Of a DNA stretch of 64,000 nucleotides, positions 26,611 through 62,313 are shown one piece after another. Made by a program: the position numbers and the translations under genes. The stretch comes from the human T2T-CHM13v2.0 reference genome, Homo sapiens, in assembly GCF_009914755.1 (NCBI RefSeq), contig NC_060943.1; one strand, given 5' to 3'. The notes beneath the pieces are model-generated. The model was not told the origin of the DNA. It saw nothing but the letters and a program-made list of their open reading frames with translations, and did no database searches. The first letter of the stretch is position 1; each line of letters opens with the position of its first letter.

Positions 26611-26848
26611 AAAGTCTTGTTCGGAACAACCATGCACCACTGCCTGCCACAGAAGTCATATAGCTACTGTTTCTTCCTCAACCACCTGTCCACCCCTCCA
26701 ACCCCGTAACTTCTGATGCTGATGTCCAGTAGCACCTGCACTGAATATTCACTTTGCTCCTAGATATCAGTTTTGTCCCCTCAGTTCAATGACCCCTGTG
26801 ATGTTGAGATGGATGAGAAAATACTCTGGAAACTGCAGAGGATAAAAT

Positions 26849-29070
<2,222 letters not shown>

Positions 29071-30664
29071 TCTCTAAACTAATATATCTCATTAAATTTC
29101 AGATCTGGAGTTCTGTGAGTTAGGGAAACAGGATCACCACCATAGTAGAAAAAACTCTGGTGCAGATAGTTTTAGACACAAAGATTATCTGAATTCAGGC
29201 CCAGATAATTGTCTTCTTTTTCCCCAAGAAACATTTGAATTGTATTTCTGTTAGATAAGCATCATAGTAAAAAGTCTTCAAAGTTTTTGAAGGCAGAAAA
29301 AGTTTTCTTTGTTAAACCCTTCCCATTTTTTTGTCTTCTAAATTTCTAGGAGAACTACTGTTAAGTTTTTTAGTATCTTGTTGAACAATGGTTAACAATT
29401 ATAATCATTTGTGTTTATGTAATCAAACTGTGAAACACCGGTTGGGAACTTGCTTGTGTACACTTGATGGCGTAAATGGTAGGGGAAGAGCATACATACA
29501 AAAGTGGCCTCTTTTGCTTTCTTGGCAGCATGATGTTATATTCCTTTGGATGTACCGTCATCTATGACCAGTCTCATCTTGAAAGGCATGCTTATTTTCC
29601 ATTTTTCCCAGTGCTTGGAATTTGTTTCCAAAATTGTTTCTAGGAACATGACTAATGTGACTGACGATGCCTTAGGAATTCCTAGTGGGGACAAGGTGCT
29701 TGGCTGGGATGCATACCTAAGAATATCTCACAAAGAAACCTGATTTTGTTTCACTATTGCCTAATGGCGCACATAGTAGGTGCTCAATAAATAAATATTT
29801 TTTGCATGAGTGGTTTTTGCTTGTCTGGTCATTTGCCCTATTGTAGAGGGAGAGCAGTGTGCCCACTGGAGTCCCCACAGGGTCCTTTTGCCTGCATGCC
29901 TACCCCTGTGGCACCCATCAGGCTTTTGATTCCAATGTTGCCCTGGGCTCTCACTCACAGGTAGATGTTTTTTATTGCCCCATTCACAATTCAGCCACCT
30001 GCTGTCCGCATGCATGTGCTTGCCATGTTTAGATATTGGGTGTTTTTCCAGTTTACTTAATAAGTTAGTGGCCAGACTGTACGCTTCCTGCTGCATTTTT
30101 CCACTGTCTTGAGAGTTGGCCTCGCCATCTGTGAGCAAAAGGTCTCTTCTTTTTATTATTCTCCCATGGCATGTTGCAAAACAGTAAGCGTGAGCTGGTT
30201 TCCTGTGGCAAAAAAATGACTTTGATTTGTTCTTTTTGAGGTTACTGTGAGTTTATCATAACAGGAGTGCTAAAAATACCGAGTCTGGTATGGAAACAGC
30301 ATTCACTTACCAGCATGAACAATAACATACAGGTTTAGCCTAGAGCAGGAAGAAATGGACTTCATCTCAAGATGAGAATACTTATCAGAGAATTCTTGGC
30401 AATCTTAACTTGCTCAGTCTCTGTTCTGATGAGTTATGGAAAAGTACTTAGACCATCTTTGAGCCACAGAATTGAAGCTGAAAATATTCTTAGACCAAAC
30501 ATTTTGTGAGCACCTGCTATGTACCAGATCTCATAGCTGGGACTAATCAGAGGAAGAGGAATAGAATAAGTGTTCTTGCCAATGTGAAAGACAAACAAAT
30601 AATTCTACTCCTTGTGAGGACAGCTATAACAGAGGGCTATAGAAACTATCATGTGTTGTTCCTG

Positions 30665-33170
<2,506 letters not shown>

Positions 33171-33174
33171 AGTA

Positions 33175-33850
33175 GGTTTGTTTTTCACAGTGATAGGGGT
33201 TAGCAATTCTGAAACTACTTACTGTTCTAAGATTGAGCAGATAGGTAAGTATAGTGTTAATAGTGAGAATCAAGTTTTCTTATTGTCAGAAAAGGGTGTT
33301 CCTATGAATGTGGACAGTGGGAAAGGCTAGAAGGAGCCATGTGGTATTGGATTGGAATTGAAGTTATCTGGATGAACTCATGGTTTCTTATACGTAGATG
33401 TAGTAATAGATGTATGTGTGTATGCATATCCACTTTTACACGTGTTTATTTCCTAGAATTGTTTCCTAGAATTGTTGAGAGGGTTTATGCCCAGAGACAT
33501 CCCAGAAGCACTGAACGCACTCATGCCAAGATGTTAATACCTTTCCTCACTAAAGAGAAACCAGGGTTCCTTGGAGAAATGGCTGTTTCCAGATCTGGGG
33601 TAGGAAAATTACAGGTGAGCTTGGAATATCCTGCTATGCCAGAAAGTAAGGAAGTGCTCTAAGAATGATAGGGGCATGTCAAAAGAACAAGAAGAATAAT
33701 CAATTAATGTAAACAAGGAATTATGAAGATAACAAAGTCTATCTTTGACTATCACCATAGTAGTAACAATTGTTTCAATCAAGAATCAAAGTGCTAAAAT
33801 CAATGGGGAACAGTTTGCGGTGAAACAGTGTAGATGTTTCCTTATCAGAT
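33175..33850 (+). mobile_element. Old L1 3'-end fragment (L1MC/L1MD-like)
   Basis: ggggttagcaattctgaaactac...aaccagggttccttggagaaatggctg...tgccagaaagtaaggaagtgctc resembles L1MC/MD 3'UTR. Subfamily uncertain. Confidence 0.6.
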
Positions 33851-33862
33851 GCTTTTATGCTA

Positions 33863-35398
<1,536 letters not shown>

Positions 35399-35775
35399 TG
35401 TTAGATAATTTAGAAAATTTTCTTTCCTCATTCTTCAATTTCCCCTCATTCACACTCCCAACTTTCCTGTTTTGTGATTTTTAAATGACGTTGTCTTTGG
35501 ATGCCGGCTGGATTTGGTGATTAGTTCTCTTCAGAAGAAACTTCTTATTTTAGAACTTGTAACCTTTGCAAAGCAGGCCATAGGCAGCCATCGCTATTTG
35601 GGTATGACATTCCCCAGTGGGTTTTTGGTGTCCAGTAATGACAAAAACTGCTGAGAAAGAGACAGCCACAGGGAAATGGGTTCCGATAATGGGGCAGCAG
35701 CTGAGTGCTTGTTGATTTGCTGCTGTCATGACCACAGATGTTTAAAAATAATTTGTAAGGAAAAAGAAAAAAGCG

Positions 35776-35777
<2 letters not shown>

Positions 35778-35816
<39 letters not shown>

Positions 35817-35835
35817 CGCACGCGCGCGCGCACAC
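35778..35835. repeat. (GT)16-(GC)/(AC) compound microsatellite, 58 bp of alternating purine-pyrimidine
   Basis: Read directly from the sequence. Confidence 0.95.
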
Positions 35836-36097
35836 CACTGCCTTATCAGTGGTAGAGAATGCAGACCACAGTCATTCAGAAAGGAAGAAGGCACCACCAT
35901 GGAAACAGGAGAGGTGAGGAGAAGGGCAGAGGTGACCCACAAATGCGGCTCAGTGCCTTACAGCAGAGAGCTCATGAGAGAACAGAACTGGTTAGTCACC
36001 GACTCTGCTCCTCGGTCTGCAAGAGAGGTTCAGCACCAAGTCTATACTACACAGTACTGGAAGGATTAGATGAAGGCCTGGCACACATTGTGAATTA

Positions 36098-36529
<432 letters not shown>

Positions 36530-37621
36530 GTTCACGTACTTTACATGCATTGTGATCATATTAAATCTTCATGACAGCCTTACTAGATCAGGTCTTGTCC
36601 TGTTTTCACATGAGGAAATTGAATCTTGGAAGGGCTAAGTCATTTGTCCAGGGTCATCACACGCAGTAAGTGTTAGAGTCTAAACGAGCCAGAGCTGTCA
36701 CACTGTCATCCCCAGGGCCTTGTGTTTAAGCATCGCCCAACAAAGTGCTCAGTCAGACTTTAATTATTAGCATTACTAATAATACCATTATGATGATTAT
36801 TTTGTCTAAACTTCACAGGCACCTCGTGACATTTTCTTATTCCACTTTTGCAGATGGGAAACTGAGGCCCACCAAGATCAGATTACAATAATGGGCAACA
36901 TTGTCAGCAACCTGCCTTGCTTTTTTTCTTAGCAGGCCCACATCTCCCCCACTCCCCCACCCACTTGGCAGTAGCCTGTGTTTGAGCTGCTCACAGGCCC
37001 CAAGGCCCAGCTGCAATTCTTGTTTAAAGCCTCACATCTTTTCTCTGACTGTCAGACAACAGTCACGGGAATGTCCTGTGCCATCTTCCCTCGGCAAGAG
37101 GGGTTGGCAGAGAGCAGCAGATGCCTAGAGTCAAGGTCATGTGCTGCTCAAGTGCTGGGCTGGAGACAAGACCCTCTCTCCCTGCTGCTTGTGACCAGGC
37201 AGGGTGGCTCTGAATGTAGAGGGCTCTGTCAGAACAGTTCTGTGACCAGAGGGTGTGGTTGGCAAAGCAATGCATTAGGGGCCCATGGAAGTTTATTCTT
37301 GTTGTCCACATTATTTCCCTGTGACTTTTAGATTTTTTTTTCCTTTTTGTAAATTAGTTTTTTCATACTAGTTAGAATGTTTCACCTTAAAGGTGAGAGT
37401 CAAGCTCTGGAATCGCCTGACATTTTTAAGGAAAGGAATAGAATATTGGGCTGGGGCTAGTCTGAAATGGTGGTTTGTATTATTTTAAATTGATGGGCTC
37501 TGGGTTAGGGGAGCCAAATCCATTTTAAAGTGATTTTTGTAAAAATTGGCATGTCTTCTGTTTCTTCTCTTTTCCAAAGGTGACACTATAACGTAGAGGT
37601 TAAGAATGTGGTGACTTTTAA

Positions 37622-38437
<816 letters not shown>

Positions 38438-38557
38438 ATTATATGCTTTTTAAAAAAACCTAAATGTTGCAAAAAACATGTGTCTAAAATCTCTGTTTCA
38501 ACATAGTTTTTTAATAGCCATGTAATATTCCATTCTGTCAATATGTCTTTATATGTG

Positions 38558-39700
<1,143 letters not shown>

Positions 39701-40799
39701 ATCCTGTGTAAACAACACTGCAGTGAACATTTATAGGTAATTCATTCAGCGGGTAAGGGTCAGGACCTTTTATAGGGATCCTTAATACCACATTTTTACA
39801 TGGTTCATTGAGCATTCGTGCTCCCCTCTGCTGTGGGTGAGGGTGCAGGTCCCTCAGCCTTCTTGCTTGGGTTGAGTCATCCTGGTCTTTAATTTGGTAA
39901 GCAAAAAATGGCATCTTGTTTTTGAGCTCGTTTCTGAGAAAGTGCATGCTCCTTTTCCCCATCAACAACTTTCATCCGGCGCCTCGGAACCTCTTCAGTA
40001 GAGAGTGAGATGCAAATAGCGAGGCACAGCTTCTTTCCCTCTTCTGAGCTGATGCCTGGTGAGGTCATAGACTGGGTTTCATTGCAAAGACGAAAGCGTG
40101 GGCAGGACTTTTGGAGCACAAAAAGGGGCATTTCAGAGTAGTCTTCATGGGCGGCCACTCCAGAGGTGAAGTTTTCTAGAGAAAGACATGAAAGTACTGT
40201 GTGGCTGTGGCGACAGACAGAGGCTTACGAGCCTGCCCTCTAGAGACTGTGAGCTCCGCGTGTGAGGGCAAGGCCTGGGGCTGTCTGGGTCGCTTCTGGG
40301 TCCCCACCACAGCTAGCATAGGGTAGGGGTGGAGGGGGGGTGCTCAGGAAGTGATTTTTGAAGAGTGGATGACTGAATACATGCACACACATACTTTTAA
40401 GTTTCTGGGTTAAAGAGGAAAACAGAATGAGGTAAACAAAGGAAAGTAATGTGGAGGTGAACTGAGCAGATGGCAAGATGCCGTGAATGGTTAGAGGCCA
40501 GGAGAGCCAGAATCAGAGTGGCTTCCGTGAAGTGTCCCTACCTCCTCCCCCAGCCCAGCTATGTCACTCCTCTGAGCTTCACACCTATGGACTGTTCTGC
40601 ACCCTAGCCCTCAGATGCAACGGTGAAAGTGGGACTCCTATTGGGTTTCCCTGTTGAGGACAGACATGGTGCCCTGTGTATCTGCTGCTGCTTTTTTCTT
40701 TTTTTCTTGCTGAGTATTCCATGTGTAGCATGTTTGTAACACTTGATAAGAAACAGAACCATCCCAGATAGCTTGAACACTTTTCAATTCAGTCAGTAA

Positions 40800-43760
<2,961 letters not shown>

Positions 43761-45086
43761 CTGTCAAGAACATGGCTTTCTTCCTGCCCCCCTCCACTGC
43801 TGCTAACTGGAGTCTGACCTTCGAGAAAGAGTGAAAAAAGACAGCTTCTGTTTGTTTTGCTGCAAGTAAGTGGCTGGACTGATTGGCCCCCTTCCCAGAG
43901 GCCCTGCAAGGACTTCAGATGTGGTCAGCGAGGTATGTGGATGGTGCCAGCCTGCCGGCCCTCGTCCAGCCAAACTGCACCAGGAACAGGCAAGGGTCCC
44001 AGAGAAACAGCGGGGTCAGCTGCTGCCGCCTTTGCTCCTGCTCTTAATGCTGTCCTATTTCTTCCTAAGAGGAAGCTGGTTTACTCTCTCAAGATTGATG
44101 GGCAAAGTTTTATATGACCACGGTCTCCACTTCTCACCCACTGAACTTACAGCTTGAAATTAACAGAGGCGAGGCCCATCTGGAAAAATGCATTTGACAA
44201 AAACTTGATCAAATGGGGGATCCCCTGAGGTGGGTGGCAAAGAACCAGACCACTTGGAATCCTAGGTGCTGTGTCCCTGTATGGACCTGCTGTTTCTTTT
44301 GGATTCCATTAGGGTTAAGAAGCACAAATTCTGAAGCTAGATTTGAGTTTACATTTCTGCTCCAGTACTTGGGAGTTACAGTGACCAAGTCATTTAATGT
44401 TTCTGAACTTCAGTTTCCTGATCTGTAAAGTAGGATGGGTAGGTTGGGCGTAGTGGGTCATGCCTATAATCCCAGCACTTTGGGAGGCTGAGGCAGGAGG
44501 ATCACTTAAGGTCAGAAGTTCGAGACCAGCCTGGCCAACATAGTGAAGCCCCGTCACTAGTAAAAATACAAAAGTTATTTGGGCGTGGTTGTGGGCGTCT
44601 CCAGCCTGGGTGACAGAGTGAGACTCCATCTCAAAAAAAAAGAAGAAAAACAAAAACAAGTAAATAAATGAATAAAAATAAAGGAATCCAGCCATCTGTT
44701 AGTATAGCCAAAGCAGAGGATATTGCATCAAATGTTAAACGCTAGTCCTGTCAGTCACTCCTGAGAGAACAGGGCAACAAGACCCAGAAAGGGTATCAAC
44801 ACTGCCTGAGCAGATGGAGGCAAAGCTGTGCATGGGCTGCTTATAGGGCACAGTCTGAGGCCTTGCAGCAGTCACGTGGAAACTGAGGCTGCCTGCTTTC
44901 CAGGTGCAAGGTGATGGACAGTGGCAGGAACCCTGTGCTAGATGACTCTTGTGCGATCTTATTTCTTTGTTACTGGGACACAAGCACCAACTGTCACAAG
45001 GGACCAACAAGAGGAGGTGATTTTTTTTTTCAGCTGTTACCACAAAGCTTTTCATCTTTTGGTTTGAAAACATAGCTGTGGGAATA

Positions 45087-45458
<372 letters not shown>

Positions 45459-45547
45459 CTATACTAAACATTTCACATGGCTTAGCACTCATGTGATCTT
45501 CACGATAACCTGGTGAGCGGGTAATTATTATCACCCTTCCTACTGGT

Positions 45548-47177
<1,630 letters not shown>

Positions 47178-47972
47178 ATTACCTCTTCTCTGATATGCAG
47201 AGCCCCGTCTATACTGGACAGGTGGAAGTTACCAGAGAAATACAGGCCAGGGGCCTTTGTCTGACATTGGCACTGAGAAAAGCATAGCCCAGAAGCAGGG
47301 TGTGTCTTTTTTTTTTACCTGGGCATCTGTGGTTTGAGATCTTCTTGGAACACTTTATAACCCATTTCTGAACGTCTCCCAGGCTTCAGTGGAGCCACCT
47401 GTTGTAGCTTCTAAAACTGTGTCCTCCTCAGTTGTTCTCCCACCCATTGCCTTCACAGATGCAGAGACCAAGATTCACTCACTCGCCATTGGACCTTTAG
47501 CACCCAGGTCTGTCTGGCACAAAGTAAGTGCCAGGCTGGTGGAGTGAATGAATTCTACTTAGAGAATGGCCCTCAACACAGGCTGCTCATTACCAAAACT
47601 ATTTGGTCTTTAAAAAGTGTGACTCTGATGCTTCAGTCTGGGGTGGGTACCAAATACTTGTATTTTTTAAAGAGCCTCACAGCAACTTGAATTTACCTTA
47701 ATTTTTATGTAGGAACCCTTGTCCTGGTAGAGAGTATAATTTGCTGAATAAGTCTACTTTTTCAATCAACATATACGGAAGAGATATCAATGAAAGAACT
47801 GACAAACTGTAAAGCCCCCTCTCCAGGTGTAAAGCACTCAGGGCTTGGGCCTAGAAGCTGATCCATGTCTCTGTGTCTGTTCTGAAATAGCCTGTGTGAT
47901 GTGGGAGAAAGAGTATTGTCCTTAGAGACAAGGCTCGAGACTGGCTGTGCCCTTTCCTTGGGCAGTATGTAG

Positions 47973-49971
<1,999 letters not shown>

Positions 49972-50210
49972 CTTCCAGGTCTTAATAGAGCCTTTTTCCT
50001 CTACTGAAAGCTTCCACTGCTTTCTGCCCCCTTCAAACTCATATATACTTCATTGAATTGTTTCCTCGGGGAAGCCTTCCTGATACCACCCTACAGAGGG
50101 TGTCAGACGCCCTATTATGCTGTCACAGCACTTTTCACAGTAAGGTAAATTGCTTTTATAATTATTGGATTGCCTCTCTGACTATGTTTGTTGAATAAAT
50201 AAAAAAAGGT

Positions 50211-50505
50211 GGCCAGGTGCCGTGGCTCACACCTGTAATCCCAGCACTTTGGGAGGCCGAGGCGGGCGGATCACGAGGTCAGGAGTTTGAGACAAGCCTG
50301 ACCAACATGGTGAAAACCCGTCTCTACTAAATATACAAAAATTAGCCAGGCATGGTGGTTCGTGCCTGTAGTCCTAGCTACTCAGGAGGCTGAGGCAGAA
50401 GAATCACTTGAACCCGGGAGGCAGAGGTTGCAGTGAGCCAAGATTGTGCCATTGCACTCCAGCCTGGGCGACAGTGTGAGCCTCCATCTCCAAAAAAAAA
50501 AAAAA
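50211..50505 (+). mobile_element. Sense AluS ending 37 nt upstream of exon 7
   Basis: Alu consensus with an A-tail. Confidence 0.9.
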
Positions 50506-50542
50506 GTGGCTTTATAACCTGCCTTCTTTTTCTTATTCCCAG

Positions 50543-50687
50543 TGCTCTTAAAGTTCCGTACAGATAAAGGAAGAGATCCCAGTTCTGATACATATGAGGA
50601 AGATTCTGAGTTGTTGCTCCAGATACGAAATGATGTGCTTGACTCACTGGGTATTAGTCCTGACCTGCTTCCTGAGGACTTTGTCAG
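50543..50687 (+). CDS. SAE1: SAE1 coding exon (exon 7), 145 nt: (V)[47 protein letters not shown](R)
   Basis: Acceptor tttttcttattcccag| and donor CAG|gttggt. Phase 1 in and phase 2 out match the neighbouring exons. Confidence 0.97.
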
Positions 50688-51419
50688 GTTGGTGTCAGTA
50701 TTTATCACTGTTTAGTCTGGACAGATAAAGTTTGTTTTCAGGATTTGCCTTAATTTGACAAGCTCTTTTATTAGAAACCCTTCAGAGAGCACCCTGCCAC
50801 ATTCTGCTCGCTCCTGTAGACTTCTGCCTCTCCACTAGAATAGCAATATATAAAAAATAAAGAGGGGACAGATTCTGATTTTTACAATAAGTATCTTATA
50901 TTCACGTGGTTCAAAATTCAAGGCAATGTAAGATCTGTAAACATTATTCTCTACCTTTTTTCACTTTATGTGATCTTGTTATCTCTTGGGGACATCTCCA
51001 GATCAGTACATAGTTTGCTCCCTCTTTTCCACAGCTCCTTAGTATTCTAGAGTGTGAAGCGATGGAGTTTATTGAACCAGTTGCCTGCTCACTCAAGTTG
51101 TGTTCAGGCTTTTCTAACTGCGTAACACTGCAGTGTGTGACCTTGTGTCGTACGTGTGCAGGTACAACTGCAGGATAATTAGGAGGAAGGGAGTTGCTGG
51201 GTCAGAAGGTTGTAATTTATCATTTGGTCAGCATTGCCACCTTGCCTCCATTGGTATCCTATCAATTCATACCCCCAGCAGCAAAACCACCCATGTTCCC
51301 AGCATCCTCTCACTTGGACACTCCATGCTTTCACCTTACGTGACTACCTTTTTGCTCTCATAAACAGGCTTAGGATTTGATTGGAGAAGACCACATAGTG
51401 ACTAGGTCACAATCTCTCT

Positions 51420-56229
<4,810 letters not shown>

Positions 56230-56982
56230 TCTAGAAGGATGTGCACCACACTGGGGAGATTGGAGGTAGTTCTGTAGGGAGGCTTTCCCTTTCACTTGTC
56301 TGTGTTCCAGTTTGCTTGGTGAGCACACAGCATTGTGTTCAGGAGTAGGAGCTGGCAGAGCACACTTCCTTTGGGGAAGTGGTGGAATTAAGTGATTTGC
56401 TTACTAGGATGGGTAACTTGGAGGGGCAGGTGACTGTGTCATCTAAAATTTGTCCTCTAGATGCCCCATCCTGGCCCAGAAGGGCTGGTTTCTATGTGGG
56501 TTGTGAAGACTTTTTCTGCCCTCATACTTTAATTTCACGCCTCAAATTTCCCTTGCTTCCTACATGTTAACACAGGCCTGCTCCCTGACATTTGTCTGGG
56601 AATAGCATATAGAACCCACTGGCCATTATGGGTAAGAAGAGAATTGCGAGAATGTGACCAGGGCACTGAAACATCTGATATCTCTAGGACAGATATAGGA
56701 AGCACAGATATAGTCTTTCCTTTAACTTATAAAGGTAAAAATAAAAGTATTGTGAAAGAATTTCTGCTTGCCAAAGTTCAAAGGTCTTTTCCAACCACTT
56801 ATGAATCCCTTGCTCAGATTTCATTTTCACGCCTAGATGCCAGCATTAACACTGCTATCTGAATCGGGCCCTCCTGCTAGAAGTTGTTTTTATTCAGGAG
56901 AGCCTACTACTGAATTTCTCCAGATGTCATGGTCACAGTTCTGTTCCCAGTGCTCCATTTTCCTTGTCTTCCTCTCTTTTAG

Positions 56983-57052
56983 GTACTGCTTCTCCGAGAT
57001 GGCCCCAGTGTGTGCGGTGGTTGGAGGGATTTTGGCACAGGAAATTGTGAAG
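56983..57052 (+). CDS. SAE1: SAE1 coding exon (exon 8), 70 nt: (R)YCFSEMAPVCAVVGGILAQEIVK
   Basis: Acceptor cctctcttttag| and donor AAG|gtaaaa. Encodes the E1-family PxxAxxGGxxAQExxK motif. Confidence 0.97.
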
Positions 57053-57450
57053 GTAAAACATCACTGTGGAGCAGAAAATTGTTAACCATGACTTTGTATA
57101 TGTGCTGACAGAGAGAATGGAAACTGTCTTAGACAGCTGCCTGCTTTCTCTCACCCCATTCATCTTTGTTTCATGCCCTCCCCATTTCCACCTCATCCCA
57201 TTTTCTCTGGCCCATCCAGGTGCCATTCAGCAAATGACCTTGGAGTGCCTGCTCTGTGCTTAGCTCACAGTTGGCCATAGTGCCTCGAAGGTGTGATCTG
57301 CTCTCCCCTAACTGTATTAGTTATCCAGTGCCTGTTGTATTGGTCAGGGATTCTGCTTCTCATAGCTCTATAAGTGAGTACTATCATGATCCCCACTTAA
57401 GAGGAAGACACTTGGGCCCATGAAAGGGACTCCAGAACCTGTGCTCTTAA

Positions 57451-58108
<658 letters not shown>

Positions 58109-60325
58109 AAGCCCCCGTCTTTTTAACCACACACTGTAGGTATTTGTAGAGAAATCAGTTTCTGTGTCCCCATGAACACACCAGGAGCCCCTCAAGGCTC
58201 TGTACAGGATGACCCGTGACCCTGTTAGGTAGGTGTTAGTGTGTCTCTCAGAAGGGAAGCATCTTATACAGGGTCACATAACCAGTAACTAGCACAGCCT
58301 TTTGAGGGTCTTCTGGAACATTTGGGTTGCTAAAACTATACCATACCCCCAAATATATTGTACATTCTTTGCAGACTTTGCTATTTGCCCGAAGATGTTA
58401 AATTTGCCTTTTGCAGGTTCTTGGCTGCCTTCGTGGACTCCGGTGAGGCTTTTTCCTTCTTTCTTATGGAGCAGAGTCGTGCCTGGTTAAATGATTGGCC
58501 ATGTCCATGTACATGTCAAGTTTGAGCTTGGGAGGACAGTTTGGAGGCCAGCCCTTAACACTTTGTCTTGGGGTCTGTACATTCTGGAGGCGTTTGGCTC
58601 AATTTGTTAGTCACACCGTTTTCCTAAGGCTACTTTTTTTTTTTTTTTTGTCTATTTTTTCTGATCCTTCTCTCTGGTCTAAATTCTTCCTTTGATCAAA
58701 TCTAACTTTCTTCTATGTAATGGGCACCGAGGAGATATTTGGAGGGGGAAGAAAAGTGTGCAATGGCCATACCTCTTTCCTTGCTCACATTTTATACATA
58801 GCCCAGAGTGATGTGAAAATTACAGTTTATATGCCCAATCTGAGAAGAGGGTAATGGCCACCCAGAGGACTGTTCGAGCAGGATTCTGAGGCTCCCTGTA
58901 GACAAACTGCAGGAAAGAGTGCAGCAATGGGAATGTTCTAAGTGGGGAATGGGAATGTACATATTTTTGTAGCCTAAAATGACGACACCACCAATAATAG
59001 ACAAGACTTACTGAAAGCCCACTGTCTGCCACACAAAGACAGTGTTTTTTACGTGGATACTCATTTCATCTCCCACCGGCCCTATGAGGTAGGAACTCCT
59101 GTGATCCCTGGTTTATAAAAGAGAGACTAAGGTGCAGGAAAGAAGATGCTTGCCCAGGCTAGTGAGTGTGGTGCCAGGATGTGGGCCCAGGCAGTCTGGT
59201 TTCTGAGCCTGTCCTCTTCACCACGGGGCAGTCATGCATCAGGTGTTGCCTTCAATGGCACCATCATGTAGAGACTGCATGGACCCCAGGGCCGCTGCCC
59301 TTGCATTGTCAGCCTTACTTCTGCACATCCCATTGAGGGGCTCCCCCTAAATTTTTCATGTGGGATGGAGACTGGAGGTTGGGGCAGGTAGCCTTGACCC
59401 CATTGTTGGTGGTAGTTTCTCACATCCCCATCCTCACACAGCCCCCTCCTTCCTGCCTGCTGGAGACAGCTGGTGCCCAGCATCTTGTTTCTGTTTATCC
59501 CAGATAGCCAGAGTACTCTGCATTCTTCGTTGCTGGGTGTGTTTGGAATCTCCTCCTACCCCATCTTGCTTGGGAAGCACTTTACCTTTTGCCCCATGTC
59601 ACCCCATGCCCTGCTCTCATCCCCAGTACTCCTTCATACTTATTACTGGTCAGCCTTCAGCCAGCTGGCAGGCGGGGCCTGCAGTCCAAGGGCCTCAGAC
59701 TCACCTTTCTCTCCTGAGGCACTGTCTGAGCGCCTATGGAAAGCTTACACTAGGAGATGGGTCAAGCGCAAGTCTGCTCCTTTGGAATCATCTTTTGCGT
59801 CTTTCCTTTCTTACGTCCTTCTAGATACCCTATTTTATATCCATGTCTACTTCCTTGGGTTTAAAGCAGTTTTCCTTTCTCTCCATCCCCACCGTCCACG
59901 GCAGGTCTCCCTGTCTATGGTAAGAGAGGTGATAGTGAAAGCAGCAGCCATCCCAGGTTCATGGTAAAACACATACCATCTCCTGTATCTTGGGTTTGAG
60001 GGTCTAAGAGTTCCACCTGTGTACTGTTGGACCCTTCCACCTGGCTAGGTTGGTGGCATCCCCAGTATTGGTAAAGGACTCCTGGCCCTATTATTATTAA
60101 TAGCAGCTCCTACTTACTAAGAATTTACTACGTGCTCGGCACTTTACAAGCCTAGTCACATTTCATTCTCACCAAAACTCTAGCAGGCAGGTGCTTTTTA
60201 TTTGCCTATTTGCCCAGAGAAGCAAACTTCTTTCTGATCCAAGCTCCATGTGGACAGAGACCTCAGAATCCTTAATGTCTAGCTGAATACCTGGCATAGA
60301 GTAGATGCTTAATAAATGTTCCCTT

Positions 60326-62165
<1,840 letters not shown>

Positions 62166-62313
62166 TGGCCTGTTTTACATTTTTGAGATACATAGTTTAA
62201 CCCAGGCAAATACATTTCTTAATCTCATGTTAGGAAAATAAGGTAATGTTTGGAGAGGTTAAATAATCTCCCCATGGACACACAGCTTGTAAGGGACAGA
62301 GCAAGGAGATAGG

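Noticed and set aside
37553-37585. Pyrimidine tract followed by AAG|GTGACA as another recursive site
   Set aside because: An AAG acceptor and a regenerated donor lacking +5 G are both weak.
50382-50708. Minus-strand ORFs overlapping exons (also 8264..8518, 23015..23209, 62318..62653, 62442..62930)
   Set aside because: Antisense shadows of SAE1 exons or UTR, with no independent splice, promoter or homology evidence.
59360-59967. Two overlapping non-Alu ORFs (154 and 164 aa)
   Set aside because: Non-ATG starts, no recognisable domain and no retrogene hallmarks (poly-A, TSD). Compatible with chance.
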